Shown here one piece after another: positions 63,525-64,000 of a DNA stretch of 64,000 nucleotides. The DNA is taken from contig CDMY01000493.1 of the NCBI GenBank assembly GCA_001179505.1, positions 1 through 64,000 on the forward strand, in the 5' to 3' direction. How positions within the stretch are numbered: position 1 is the stretch's first letter; every line of letters starts with the position of its first letter. Source of the DNA: Vitrella brassicaformis CCMP3155 (taxonomy: Eukaryota; Protista; Chromerida). The notes beneath the pieces were generated by a model that saw nothing but the letters and a program-made list of their open reading frames with translations, searched no databases and was not told where the DNA came from. Made by a program: the position numbers and the translations under genes.

Positions 63525-64000
63525 TCATCCCGCGGCCACAACTGCACCCACTGGCTGAGTCTCCACCGAAGCATCATCGTCTTCCTCGGGCCGGCTCACG
63601 CTGCTGCTGCCCTTGTGGTCGCCATCGCCTTCTGCCGCCTGCCACTCGCCTCTCGCCGCCTGGCCTGCTATCTCGAGCTCCTTCAAATAGAGACCTGCCA
63701 TCTCGTCCAGCTGCAAAGCGCCTTTCCCCCTGCACAACTCCAGCAAAGGCAGCTGCAGACAACAAGAGAGAGAGACAATGGCATGGCACACACGGATCCG
63801 ATCGTCACGGCTGTGTATCCATGCATCCATGCATCCTTTCACACCTGTAATGCCTGGCTCCATGAGAAGGACAGGTTCCACGGCCCGCTCCCTTTGGCCT
63901 TTTTCAGCCGATTGATCGCGTTCAGCCTCGCCGCGGCCGCCGTCAGGTCTTGCCCGCCGCTCAGGTAATTGGCCCCCTTCATGGCAACCGGGAAGGACTG
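63525..64000 (-). CDS. 3' part of a divergent class I fructose-bisphosphate aldolase-like protein (runs off the window edge)
   Basis: NYLSGGQDLTAAAARLNAINR...GPWNLSFSWSQALQ|LPLLELC resembles the class I motif FLSGGQSEEEA..NLNAIN..PW.LSFSYGRALQ. Intron 63753-63844. Confidence 0.8.
   Translation of the reverse strand, partial: VLPGCHEGGQLPERRARPDGGRGEAERDQSAEKGQRERAVEPVLLMEPGITGVKGCMDAWIHSRDDRIRVCHAIVSLSCCLQLPLLELCRGKGALQLDEMAGLYLKELEIAGQAARGEWQAAEGDGDHKGSSSVSRPEEDDDASVETQPVGAVVAAG

Overview
This is eukaryotic, GC-rich, gene-dense and intron-rich nuclear DNA. Short GT-AG introns full of (CA)n/(GT)n, bipartite plastid-targeting leaders and a repeated lineage-specific gene family suggest a chromerid alveolate such as Vitrella brassicaformis (inference). 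I hand-spliced about 25 protein-coding loci; their exon boundaries are approximate. Confident calls are RPS17, plastid [2Fe-2S] ferredoxin, Sec61-gamma, a VIT-vWA protein, a UvrD/PcrA/Srs2-like helicase, a DGAT2/LPLAT-type acyltransferase, a GT4 glycosyltransferase, an RCC1-repeat protein, a DnaJ protein, an App1-like HAD phosphatase, a GGACT/AIG2-like cyclotransferase and the 3' end of a divergent class I aldolase. There are two 300-N assembly gaps. I saw no rRNA, tRNA, CRISPR array or recognisable transposase. The standout is a secreted protein with what looks like a complete zona pellucida (ZP-N + ZP-C) module followed by beta-strand repeats (33068-35903). Other leads: a plastid-directed ubiquitin-like protein without a diglycine end, introns with 5'-(AC)n...(GT)n-3' polarity, an inverted pair of family paralogues, a decayed kinase with a repeated helical domain, and a C-terminal PIP-box-like motif on the helicase. 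All homology calls come from motif recognition by eye; no database search was run.
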